Assembly: GCA_035326105.1 (NCBI GenBank)
Contig: DAOKYO010000001.1
Location: forward strand, 395,805 to 459,804
Origin: Bacilli bacterium
GTDB taxonomy: Bacteria > Bacillota_I > Bacilli_A > RFN20 > CAG-826
Length of the DNA stretch: 64,000 nt
Reading direction: 5' to 3'
A program made the position numbers and the translations under genes. Every line of letters begins with the position of its first letter. Positions within the stretch are counted from its first letter, which is position 1. This document shows positions 55,981-64,000 of this stretch, piece after piece. Under the pieces are notes generated by a model. The model saw nothing but the letters and a program-made list of their open reading frames with translations. It had not been told where the DNA came from and made no database searches.

Positions 55981-58380
55981 ATGAAAAAAGGTTTATTGAC
56001 GCTTTCAATAACGGCACTGTTACTGCTTGCTAGTTGTAACGGTGAAAACGCTTCTTCAATTAGCGGTTCTACGAGTGGTACCACGGAAGTGCCTACCAGC
56101 GAAACAACGAGTTCGTCGGTAGAGGATTCTTCTTCCATTTTAATGACGAAGACAGTTACGTTTTTAGCGGATGGAGAAGAGGTTGATTCAGTCACCTTTA
56201 CCATTGGTGATACATCAATATCGGAGCCGGCTGTTCCGACTAAAACGGGATATGTCGGCAGTTGGGAAGATTACACATTGGGCACCGAGGATATCGTTGT
56301 CAATGCTGTTTATAAGTTAGCCGGATATGATGTCTTTCAAGGCGATTTTAGTTATGAAGATGGATTGATTATTTCTAGCGAGGCCAATAGTCTGGCCTCT
56401 ATCAAGGATATGGCGCTCGTCACGGGAACCTATAGTGTCGATATGGCGAAGAATAGTACAGCTACGAGTGATGCCGGAATAATATTCGGACTTTCCCATA
56501 CCGGGGAGCACTTTTGGGAAAGTGAAAGTGGAACATCTTATTATTTTTTCTTCATCAACGTCGACAATAATGCTTATTTATCAAAAATTACTGCGGATGG
56601 CACATCGGTTTGGAATCAGTTGGGTAATGTTGTACCGCTTGAAAACTACACTGACGGCAATACGGTTAATTTAGCGGTCTCGGTTGAAGACGGCAACATT
56701 AATTGCTTCGTCAACGATAAGCAATATATTCGTTATCACGATGATGCGTTTTTAACTGGGACAAGTGTCGGATATCGCACCAGCGGCGAAGGAACGATTT
56801 TTGATAGTCCAGAAGTAGAAGAGGAAGTTAAAACTGATCCGTTATTTGCGGGATATAATATTGCCAATGGCAAATTTTCTCTTAATGAAAGCGATAATTT
56901 GGTAAGCACGGTCAATGATTCTCTCGCCGTAGTACGCAACCAAACTTGGGCACACGGCACAATGGAAACAACCATTGTTGAAAATGGAGATGAGGGAGAC
57001 ACGGGAATTATCTTTGGTCTCGAGGAATCCTATCAAAATAAATTTTTCTGGGAAGCCGATGCCAGTTATTACTTTGCATTTAAAACTGCCTGGGGAGGAA
57101 TTTATTTAGCAAAGGTAAATAATGGCGCCTGGAACGAACTTAAGTCACTGTCGATGCCTGATTATGCTTCCATGAATAGGAATTACGACTTAAAGGTTGA
57201 ATGGTCGGAAGACGGAACAATTACCGTTTACTGTAACGGATTCGAAAGAATTTCTTATCAAGATGCCTCGCCATTAACAGGAACATCCTATGGATTCCGT
57301 GCGCAAAAGGCCGATACAATCTACAAAGATGTTTCCGTTTCATCCGAAATTGCTCCTCGGCCAGAATATACTCTTGTTAACTACGATCTATACGCAGGAG
57401 CATTTGATGAAACGACGGAAAGCATTACTTCTAAATCAGGCGGTTCGCTGGTTTTAAACAAGACGGATTCAATAACTGTCGGAAATGCCTACAAGGCAAA
57501 CATAAGTCCTAAAGTCAAAAATGATTCAGGAATTGTCTTTGCTGTCTCAACCGGCGGTAATAGTTCCTTTTGGGAAACCGAAGATGGGGTTTCATATTAT
57601 TTCTTCTTTCTAAATGTCAATGCGACATTGCTGTTAGCCAAGGTGGATAAAACCATGCCATCCGTTTGGACGACCCTATCCTATTCACCAATTTTAGAAA
57701 CGAGATTCGACCCTCTTGACACCTATGAATTAAAGGCGGAATTACATGAAGATGGTTTGATTGAATGTTATGTTGATGGAGTAAAGGTGATTGAATATAC
57801 CGATAGCGCTCCCTTAAGCGGAACACGGGTAGGCTTAAGAGCACAAAATCCAGATGTCGTTTATACCAACGCCAGTATCGTGGCCAATGGAACAGGCAAT
57901 CAGCCGATTCCGGATAGTTATACCAACAATCATGGGTGGACAAAAGAAATCACAAATGGCTACGAAACGGTAACCAATGATAATTTGGCGGTTTTTAAAA
58001 CACCGGGAGCGGCCAATAGCTTTGCTTATTCGATGGAGGAAAAGGATATTCATGGTGATAACGGAGTTATTTTTGCTTTAAACAATGCTGGTGTCACTTG
58101 GGAAGATGCCTCCTATTATTTCTTCTTCATAAGTGTAAATAACGATGCTGTCTTGGCAAAAGTTGACAATGGATGGACGACCCTTGCATCTGCTCCCGCG
58201 GGCGATTACTTGACGCAAAATAATGCGGTTCACATCACGATGAATGCCGGGCAGATTCAAGTCAGCATTAATGAAGTTGCTTTGATCGATTTTACCGACA
58301 ATACGCCATTGCTGGGAACATATTATGGTTTGAGAGCCCAAACAAGAAAGGTTGCTTTCACAAATATTGTTGTTGCTTGA
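55981..58380 (+). CDS. Surface lipoprotein composed of about five copies of the ~150-aa beta-sandwich module
   Basis: Lipobox LLASCNG. Repeats with IIFGLSHTGEHFWESESGTSYYFFFINV, IIFGLEES...FWEADASYYFAF, IVFAVSTGGNSSFWETEDGVSYYFFFLNV and VIFALNNAGVTWEDASYYFFFISV. Start ATG 55981, not the TTG at 55948. Confidence 0.65.
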   Translation: MKKGLLTLSITALLLLASCNGENASSISGSTSGTTEVPTSETTSSSVEDSSSILMTKTVTFLADGEEVDSVTFTIGDTSISEPAVPTKTGYVGSWEDYTLGTEDIVVNAVYKLAGYDVFQGDFSYEDGLIISSEANSLASIKDMALVTGTYSVDMAKNSTATSDAGIIFGLSHTGEHFWESESGTSYYFFFINVDNNAYLSKITADGTSVWNQLGNVVPLENYTDGNTVNLAVSVEDGNINCFVNDKQYIRYHDDAFLTGTSVGYRTSGEGTIFDSPEVEEEVKTDPLFAGYNIANGKFSLNESDNLVSTVNDSLAVVRNQTWAHGTMETTIVENGDEGDTGIIFGLEESYQNKFFWEADASYYFAFKTAWGGIYLAKVNNGAWNELKSLSMPDYASMNRNYDLKVEWSEDGTITVYCNGFERISYQDASPLTGTSYGFRAQKADTIYKDVSVSSEIAPRPEYTLVNYDLYAGAFDETTESITSKSGGSLVLNKTDSITVGNAYKANISPKVKNDSGIVFAVSTGGNSSFWETEDGVSYYFFFLNVNATLLLAKVDKTMPSVWTTLSYSPILETRFDPLDTYELKAELHEDGLIECYVDGVKVIEYTDSAPLSGTRVGLRAQNPDVVYTNASIVANGTGNQPIPDSYTNNHGWTKEITNGYETVTNDNLAVFKTPGAANSFAYSMEEKDIHGDNGVIFALNNAGVTWEDASYYFFFISVNNDAVLAKVDNGWTTLASAPAGDYLTQNNAVHITMNAGQIQVSINEVALIDFTDNTPLLGTYYGLRAQTRKVAFTNIVVA

Positions 58381-58414
58381 TTTCATCTTGGTTTAAAAGT
58401 AATTATAAAAAATT

Positions 58415-58462
58415 GCAGGCTTAAATTGACTTTCTATTCAGTCAAAAAGCCTGCTTTTTTTT
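58415..58462 (+). terminator. Rho-independent terminator GCAGGCT...AGCCTGC plus T9 (nested hairpin in loop)
   Basis: 7-bp GC-rich stem followed by TTTTTTTTT after the stop at 58380. Confidence 0.65.
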
Positions 58463-58615
58463 GCATTGGCATATTTCGTTTTATTACGAAGAATAAACAA
58501 CTCAGTACGTATATATTTTAAAAGGCGCAAAAGGGTGATTAAATCAAAGTCAATTATGTGTTTTAAATAAATGAACAACCAAAAGATGTTTTATGCACGA
58601 AAGGAAAACATTAAT

Positions 58616-58765
58616 ATGAACTCAGATACAATATATGCTCTAGGAATCATTGCTATTTATATTATTAGCATATTAATACCTAATATTATTTTGGTCATAA
58701 TTAAGAAAACGATAAGGCACTTTAGAAAAAAAATAAACAATTCAAGTAAGTTTGTGATTTTTTAA
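58616..58765 (+). CDS. Candidate small hydrophobic peptide (49 aa; single TM plus basic C-terminus)
   Basis: ATG 58616 preceded by AAAGGAAA; MNSDTIYALGIIAIYIISILIPNIILVIIKKTIRHFRKK...; AT-rich region, no homology evidence. Confidence 0.3.
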   Translation: MNSDTIYALGIIAIYIISILIPNIILVIIKKTIRHFRKKINNSSKFVIF

Positions 58766-58856
58766 TATGAATATTATTTAGATAATAACCATAAAATGAG
58801 TATTATATAAATATCTATTATTAGCAATAATAGCCAAAAAGAGAAATGAGCAATTT

Positions 58857-59519
58857 ATGAAGTATCAAATTGATGGTGGCCAATTACCTGTAGTTAATAT
58901 CGAACTTGAAGCAAATGAAACGATCATTACCGAAGCGGGCGGAATGGCTTGGATGAGTCCTAATATGAAAATGGAAACTCGCGGTGGCGATGTTGGAAAG
59001 GTATTTGGAAGAATACTTTCGGGAGAAAGTCTTTTTCTTAATTACTATACTGCGCAAAACACTTCGGGAACAATAAGCTTAGCGGCATGTATGCCGGGCT
59101 CGATTATTCCAATCGACATCACTCCCGATGCACCTTTTATTGCACAAAAGCGAGCTTTTCTTTGTGCGGAAATGGGAGTGGAACTTTCTACTTTCTTCAG
59201 AAAGAAACTAGGAGCCGGAATATTTGGCGGCGAAGGTTTTATTATGCAAAAGCTGACTGGACAAGGTACTGCCTTTTTAGAAATTGATGGATCGGTGGTT
59301 ATAAAAGATCTTGATATAGGCGAGGAATTAATTGTAAGCACTGGATATGTTGCAGGAATGGAGGCCACAGTACAGATGGATATTCGAACTGTGGGCGGAG
59401 CTAAGAATGTATTTCTCGGCGGAGAGGGAATATTCAATACTGTTCTTAGAGGTCCCGGGCGCGTATATCTGCAAACAATGCCGGCCTTTAAATTAGCATC
59501 GATGTTTACTACGCGTTGA
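58857..59519 (+). CDS. TIGR00266/AIM24 (DUF124) family protein
   Basis: MKYQIDGGQLPVVNIELEANETIITEAGGMAWMS is typical of the TIGR00266 family N-terminus; 220 aa. Confidence 0.6.
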   Translation: MKYQIDGGQLPVVNIELEANETIITEAGGMAWMSPNMKMETRGGDVGKVFGRILSGESLFLNYYTAQNTSGTISLAACMPGSIIPIDITPDAPFIAQKRAFLCAEMGVELSTFFRKKLGAGIFGGEGFIMQKLTGQGTAFLEIDGSVVIKDLDIGEELIVSTGYVAGMEATVQMDIRTVGGAKNVFLGGEGIFNTVLRGPGRVYLQTMPAFKLASMFTTR

Positions 59520-59752
59520 ATAATTCGCTGTTTATTTATGGGTATATAAAATTTACTAATTGGTAGCAATCATTTTTTGTCGTCAACTTGCAACTATATT
59601 TTTGGCATACTTTTCTCAAAAAAACACCATCTTCTATTTATAGTCACAATTATAGAAAACTAGTAACTTAAAAATAATCTAATTAATGGCTTCATGATTA
59701 ACAAAAGCCGCTTTTTATTTCCGGCTTTATGTAAGCCCTTTATTATTTATTA

Positions 59753-59781
59753 TTGACATTACATTATCGGTAATGTAGTAT
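59753..59781 (+). promoter_or_regulatory. Promoter TTGACA-17nt-TAGTAT with embedded palindrome ACATTAC-N7-GTAATGT, candidate LacI-family operator
   Basis: 7-bp perfect inverted arms at 59756-59762 and 59770-59776 lie between the -35 and -10 boxes, just upstream of the LacI gene. Confidence 0.45.
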
Positions 59782-59793
59782 AAAAATGAACTT

Positions 59794-60762
59794 ATGAAAA
59801 ACCTTATTTCCATGCAGGATTTAGCTGATGCCTTAGGAGTATCGAAAAACACGGTTTCCCATGCTTTAAGAGATCTCCCTGATATCAGCGAATCACTGAA
59901 AACAAAAGTTAAAGACAAGGCAAAGGAATTGGGATATATTCCCAATAAAAATGCCGTGTCTTTAAAAAATGGTCGTACGCATGTCGTAGCTCTAGTATAC
60001 GATAATATGCGTAACCCGTATTTTTCTTTAACCGCGCATAAACTAATCAGCAAGCTTCGGACTTTCGGCTATGATGCTTTAATCATCCCCTCTTCAACCT
60101 CGCGGCTTAGTCCGCCCCTCCTTAGAAGTATTATTCAGCAGCGAATTGAAGGGGTGTTAACATTTCTTGAACCATCGGAGGAAGCGCTTGAAATTATTGA
60201 TCAAACGTCGCTTCCAGTCTTGTTAATCGGTCGTAAAAGCGATAGCAACGTCATCAGTTATGTTTGTACGGATGATTATAAGGGTGGCAAACTTGTCGCC
60301 GATTATCTTTTGGAGAACAAATCGCAAAAAGTAATCTATGTTGGTCCTAAAGAAATTGAATGTTCGATTCGTCGTTATGAGGGACTTAAAGACGGATTAA
60401 AGAATGCAAAAATTATTCCGCAATTTTACTATGCGGACGTCATTGATAATGAAAATATCAGCGAAATACGTTCAATGCTGGACGAAAACACGGGCATTGT
60501 TTGTTTTAACGATGATATCTGCTATTCCATTCTTTCGCAAATTCAAAATGTGAAAGACAAAATAAAAGGTATCCAAATGGTGGGATTCGATAATATTAAG
60601 AAATTTTTGACTTACCTTCCCAATATTACAAGTGTCAACCATAAGACAACCGAAATAGCTTATGAAAGTGTTGAAAGCCTTAACCGAATGATCGTGGGAG
60701 GGACTAAAGAAAATCTGACTCGAAAAGTTTTAGATGTTTCTCTCGTTGTTCGGGAACAATAA
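59794..60762 (+). CDS. LacI family transcriptional regulator
   Basis: N-terminal HTH MQDLADALGVSKNTVSHALRD; periplasmic-binding-like C-terminal domain. Confidence 0.8.
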   Translation: MKNLISMQDLADALGVSKNTVSHALRDLPDISESLKTKVKDKAKELGYIPNKNAVSLKNGRTHVVALVYDNMRNPYFSLTAHKLISKLRTFGYDALIIPSSTSRLSPPLLRSIIQQRIEGVLTFLEPSEEALEIIDQTSLPVLLIGRKSDSNVISYVCTDDYKGGKLVADYLLENKSQKVIYVGPKEIECSIRRYEGLKDGLKNAKIIPQFYYADVIDNENISEIRSMLDENTGIVCFNDDICYSILSQIQNVKDKIKGIQMVGFDNIKKFLTYLPNITSVNHKTTEIAYESVESLNRMIVGGTKENLTRKVLDVSLVVREQ

Positions 60763-60781
60763 ACGCTTATAGGAGGAAACT

Positions 60782-62791
60782 ATGAAAATAAGCAAAATAT
60801 TACTGTCGCTTGTATGTTCTTCTATGTTATTTGCCTGCAGTTCAGGTAATTCGTCCTCCATTGGATCTTCATCCAACGATTCGAACGATAATTCATCAAT
60901 TAGCACCACCATTCCCGAACATGGGATTACATGGGAAGGAGTTGAAGATGCCATCGCTCCTTTAGGTGATGCTTTTGATCTTATGGAAGGCGTTCATGCC
61001 TATGACGGAATCGATGGAGAATTAGAAGTAAAAATTGAGGATGATGATTATTTTAGTTCGGATTTTGAAGCTGGATATACGATTACTTATTCGGCGACAA
61101 ACTCAGTTCAAACAACTTCGACCGTGACGAGATCAGTTCAAGTTATTCGCGGCGTTAATGTCTATAATGGTAATTTTTCCAGCGGTAAGACCTACTGGAC
61201 ATTTGATAGACCAGGCGGAAACGGCGCTTTTTCAATTAAAAATGGAGCGGCCTATATTACGGTTACTGATCCCGGAACCGAAGCTTGGGCAATACAGCTA
61301 TATCAATCGGGAATCTCCTTTGAAGCCGGAAAGTCTTATGAGATGACCTTTCAGGCCAAGTCTTCTTCCGGACGGGCGATTTCTGCCGGCTTTGAAAATG
61401 TTTCCAACAACTACGCAATGCTCGTAAGTGGATACCAAGCACTTACCTTAACCGGTGAGTATCAAACCTACTCCGTTATCGCTTCGGTTTCCGCCGATGT
61501 ATCTTTGGTTAAAGCAGTTATTTATCTTGGCTATAATCTTTCAATTGATGACACTGCAACCAGTGCTAGTCCAATTGACTGTACGATTGACAACATTAAA
61601 GTAAGAGAAGTCAATTTGGCACCTTCGGAAAAAGCTCCCACTTTTCAAAATGCGGGCGCGGTAACTGTATCGACTAAAGATCAATTTGATGCGCTTCCCC
61701 AAGTTACGGTCAAAGATTATTTAGGACAAGATATTACCGCCAGTATGCTAACCATCGGAGAAGTTCCCAACAATGTTAATGCTCAAACGGGAATGATGGT
61801 TTCCTATCGCGTGTCCGACAGTGAAGGAAACTTTGGATTCATCAATCGCAGAGTCAGTTTTATTATCGCAAAAGATCATCCATACAATTTGATTAATGCC
61901 GATTTCGATAACGGATTTCAAGGTTGGACCAAGGACGTAAATCAGACTAATGGCAATGGCAATGCTAATTTCTCAGCCGGAGACTCTAAGGCGACGATTG
62001 ATATTGTTTCGGGATCAAGCGAAGGTTGGCATATTCAACTATGGCAATCGAATGTCAGTATAACTTCCGGCCAAATATACCGTATTACTTTAATAGCCAA
62101 AGCCGATGTTGCAAGAACTGTCGTTATTGAGGTTTCTAATCCGAGTAATTCCTTTGCGCGTGTTGTGGCAGAAACGTTGAATCTTACCACGGAGTTTCAA
62201 ACATTTACAGTCGAGTTTATGGCGACGATTACTTTTAACGCCAAATATTCAATTCTTCTTGGTGGGCAAGGGAGTAACGTTGTTACGATTGATAAATTTG
62301 AGAATCAACAAATAACCGCAGGGGAGGCTACGCAAGTTGATCCCCGGAGTTATGAAGACTGGCAGATAATCAATTCAGACTTTAAATACGGCAGTTACGG
62401 CTTTATCAAGGAAGCGACCAATGGTGCGTTAGTTGAATTCGGAACCAATCTTGCTTCAGAAGAAGTGACTTTAAATGTCGTTACTCCGGGAAGTCAATCT
62501 TGGCATGCTCAGTTAGCGCAAGACGGAAAAATCTTTTCTACCGATTTTACCTATACGCTTACGTTAAGAGCCAAAGTTGATTCGGGAACAACCAATATTG
62601 ATATGGAAGTAACCAATAATAATGGCGAGGATAACATTGATAAAAAAGCAGTGACATTAACTAGTGAATATCAGAATTTCACGCTCACGTTTACTCCCGA
62701 AGAGAATTATTCTCGGGGCAAGGTTGCCTTACTGATTGGGAAGGCCAGCGGTCTAATAACGGTTGATTCGCTAGTTATTACTAAGGCTTGA
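60782..62791 (+). CDS. Surface lipoprotein with an Ig-like domain and three CBM4/9/22-like carbohydrate-binding modules
   Basis: Lipobox LFACSSG. Module starts VYNGNFSSGKTYW, LINADFDNGFQGW and IINSDFKYGSYGF fit the CBM_4_9 N-x-F-(E/D)-x-G-x-x-W pattern. RBS AGGAGG. Confidence 0.65.
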   Translation: MKISKILLSLVCSSMLFACSSGNSSSIGSSSNDSNDNSSISTTIPEHGITWEGVEDAIAPLGDAFDLMEGVHAYDGIDGELEVKIEDDDYFSSDFEAGYTITYSATNSVQTTSTVTRSVQVIRGVNVYNGNFSSGKTYWTFDRPGGNGAFSIKNGAAYITVTDPGTEAWAIQLYQSGISFEAGKSYEMTFQAKSSSGRAISAGFENVSNNYAMLVSGYQALTLTGEYQTYSVIASVSADVSLVKAVIYLGYNLSIDDTATSASPIDCTIDNIKVREVNLAPSEKAPTFQNAGAVTVSTKDQFDALPQVTVKDYLGQDITASMLTIGEVPNNVNAQTGMMVSYRVSDSEGNFGFINRRVSFIIAKDHPYNLINADFDNGFQGWTKDVNQTNGNGNANFSAGDSKATIDIVSGSSEGWHIQLWQSNVSITSGQIYRITLIAKADVARTVVIEVSNPSNSFARVVAETLNLTTEFQTFTVEFMATITFNAKYSILLGGQGSNVVTIDKFENQQITAGEATQVDPRSYEDWQIINSDFKYGSYGFIKEATNGALVEFGTNLASEEVTLNVVTPGSQSWHAQLAQDGKIFSTDFTYTLTLRAKVDSGTTNIDMEVTNNNGEDNIDKKAVTLTSEYQNFTLTFTPEENYSRGKVALLIGKASGLITVDSLVITKA

Positions 62792-62793
62792 TT

Positions 62794-63903
62794 ATGAAGA
62801 AAATTTTCTCGGCATTGCTTGTTACATGTCTTCTCACGGGATGCGGAGGTGGTGAAATGTCATCAGCATCGTCAAATTCTTCTTTTCCCTCAAGCCAGGA
62901 AACAGAATATAACAATCCTGTTTGGGAGCCGGTTTTAGCAGATCCTTCAATTATCCGCGGAGAAGATGGAGTGTTTTATGCCTATGGTACATCCGATACC
63001 GCCAGATGGGGAAATGATTACGGATTGAAGTATGTACCAATTCTATCTAGTGTCGACCTCGTTCATTGGGAATTCCGTAATTCCGCTTTTCCCAAAGCTA
63101 TCGATACACCTTCTTGGGGAACTATGGGAGCCGGAATTTGGGCTCCTGATATCGTTAAGATCGGTGATAACTACCTGCTGTATTACTCACTTTCCACCTG
63201 GGGTGATGCGGATGCCGGCATCGGAGTGGCAATCGCAGACAATCCTTTAGGACCATTTGTCGATCAAGGCAAACTTTTCCGCAGCAGCGAAATTGGAGTC
63301 GCTAATTCAATCGATCCAAGTGTCTTTGTTGATGATGATCACGTCTATATGGCTTGGGGATCATTTGTTGGCATTTTCCTCATTGAATTAACAAGTGATG
63401 GCTTGGGACTTTTAAATGGTATTGATTATCAAAACAGCCATAAAGTACTTTTGGCAGGGACGACGGGTGGTTTTAATTTAGGAAACTATGAGGGTGCCTA
63501 CTTAAGAAAAATCGGCAATTATTATTATTTATTCTTATCAACGGGAAGTTGCTGCGCCGGGTTCAGTTCCACCTATAAAGTAGTAGTCGCGAGGGCGGAA
63601 TCAGTCGGTGGACCTTATCTAGACGAAGAGGGAAACGATATGGCGAATGCTCAAAATCGGGGAACCCTAGTGGTTACCGCCAATGAGCGCTTTGTCGGAG
63701 TGGGTCATAATGCAATTATTGAAGATGATGCAGGGGATTACTACCTTGTTTATCACGGATATGACAAGACTAAAGATCCAAAAGAAGGAACAACCAATCG
63801 GAGATCGCTTTTAATTGAAGAACTTCTGTGGACTGACGGATGGCCACATACGAAAGATTATGGAACGAGTGAAAATGCCCGTTATCCAGTTATAAATCAA
63901 TAG
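62794..63903 (+). CDS. GH43 family glycoside hydrolase lipoprotein (arabinanase/xylosidase-like beta-propeller)
   Basis: Lipobox LLTGCGG; NPVWEPVLADPSIIRGEDGVFYAYGTSD (catalytic Asp block) and GAGIWAPDIVKIGDNYLLYYS. Start ATG 62794 rather than TTG 62788. Confidence 0.7.
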   Translation: MKKIFSALLVTCLLTGCGGGEMSSASSNSSFPSSQETEYNNPVWEPVLADPSIIRGEDGVFYAYGTSDTARWGNDYGLKYVPILSSVDLVHWEFRNSAFPKAIDTPSWGTMGAGIWAPDIVKIGDNYLLYYSLSTWGDADAGIGVAIADNPLGPFVDQGKLFRSSEIGVANSIDPSVFVDDDHVYMAWGSFVGIFLIELTSDGLGLLNGIDYQNSHKVLLAGTTGGFNLGNYEGAYLRKIGNYYYLFLSTGSCCAGFSSTYKVVVARAESVGGPYLDEEGNDMANAQNRGTLVVTANERFVGVGHNAIIEDDAGDYYLVYHGYDKTKDPKEGTTNRRSLLIEELLWTDGWPHTKDYGTSENARYPVINQ

Positions 63904-63912
63904 GAGAAAAAT

Positions 63913-64000
63913 ATGAAAAAACAACTTATTTTAGCCACTTTGCTGCTGGTGCTGTCATCATGTGGCACTACCGAAAAATCTTCGGCAGATGGAAGCAGCG
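63913..64000 (+). CDS. 3'-truncated lipoprotein gene (continues beyond window)
   Basis: MKKQLILATLLLVLSSCGTTEKSS is a signal peptide plus lipobox; RBS AGGAG. Confidence 0.5.
   Translation, partial: MKKQLILATLLLVLSSCGTTEKSSADGSS

Noticed and set aside
59704-59728. Inverted repeat AAAGCCG-N11-CGGCTTT downstream of the TIGR00266 gene
   Set aside because: No U-tract on the plus strand and only a weak one on the minus. It could be a weak terminator or coincidence. Not called.
1-64000. CRISPR arrays, tRNA/rRNA genes, insertion sequences, integrases
   Set aside because: No regularly spaced direct repeats, no tRNA-like GC-rich cloverleaf segments and no transposase/integrase-like ORFs were seen. 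The AT-rich islet at 32.8-35 kb has no recognisable mobility gene or flanking direct repeats.

Overview
This 64 kb window looks like low-GC chromosomal DNA from a Gram-positive, Firmicutes-like bacterium with the standard genetic code. Supporting signs are many lipoproteins with L-x-x-C lipoboxes, c-di-GMP enzymes and a T-box leader. The window is mostly plus-strand operons. (1) 1..5400: the end of a carbohydrate-binding-module (CBM)-rich surface protein, a DUF1680/GH127-like hydrolase and a GH78 alpha-L-rhamnosidase-like gene. (2) 5580..14992: a GntR/HutC-controlled operon with a BMP-type nucleoside ABC transporter (bmpA-nupABC-like), a nicotinamidase/isochorismatase-family hydrolase, a PfkB kinase, a DeoD/Udp-type nucleoside phosphorylase, a BtpA/SgcQ TIM-barrel protein and a stand-alone TrpA (tryptophan synthase alpha) homolog. 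(3) 15145..20080: a transglutaminase-like lipoprotein, a CoA-disulfide-reductase/rhodanese fusion, a GNAT gene with a uORF leader and a YoaK/DUF1275 membrane protein. (4) 20228..24300: MarR plus an asymmetric heterodimeric ABC exporter. (5) 24358..26106: a T-box riboswitch leader in front of a tryptophanase-family (beta-eliminating lyase) gene. (6) 26138..32572: a PAS-GGDEF cyclase and a PAS-GGDEF(degenerate)-EAL phosphodiesterase, an SDR epimerase, a small membrane protein, a GNAT and a Gfo/Idh/MocA oxidoreductase. (7) 32821..35048, minus strand: an AT-rich three-gene islet encoding an ABC/AAA_21-type ATPase, a Toprim-like protein and a small basic protein, which is a candidate OLD/PARIS/AbiL-like anti-phage module. 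(8) 35418..40691: exonuclease III, a 4x YegP/DUF1508 repeat protein, an MBL hydrolase and an OB-fold lipoprotein. (9) 40743..44267: DtxR-family regulator divergent from feoA-feoA-feoB-Cys-rich peptide. (10) 44420..64000: an ArsR-type regulator and a polysaccharide-utilisation locus. The locus has a sugar ABC importer, three giant lipoproteins sharing a repeated ~150-aa beta-sandwich module, an SGNH esterase domain, GH43-like, GH2 and GH43 enzymes, LacI and a CBM4/9-like lipoprotein. No rRNA, tRNA or CRISPR array was seen.
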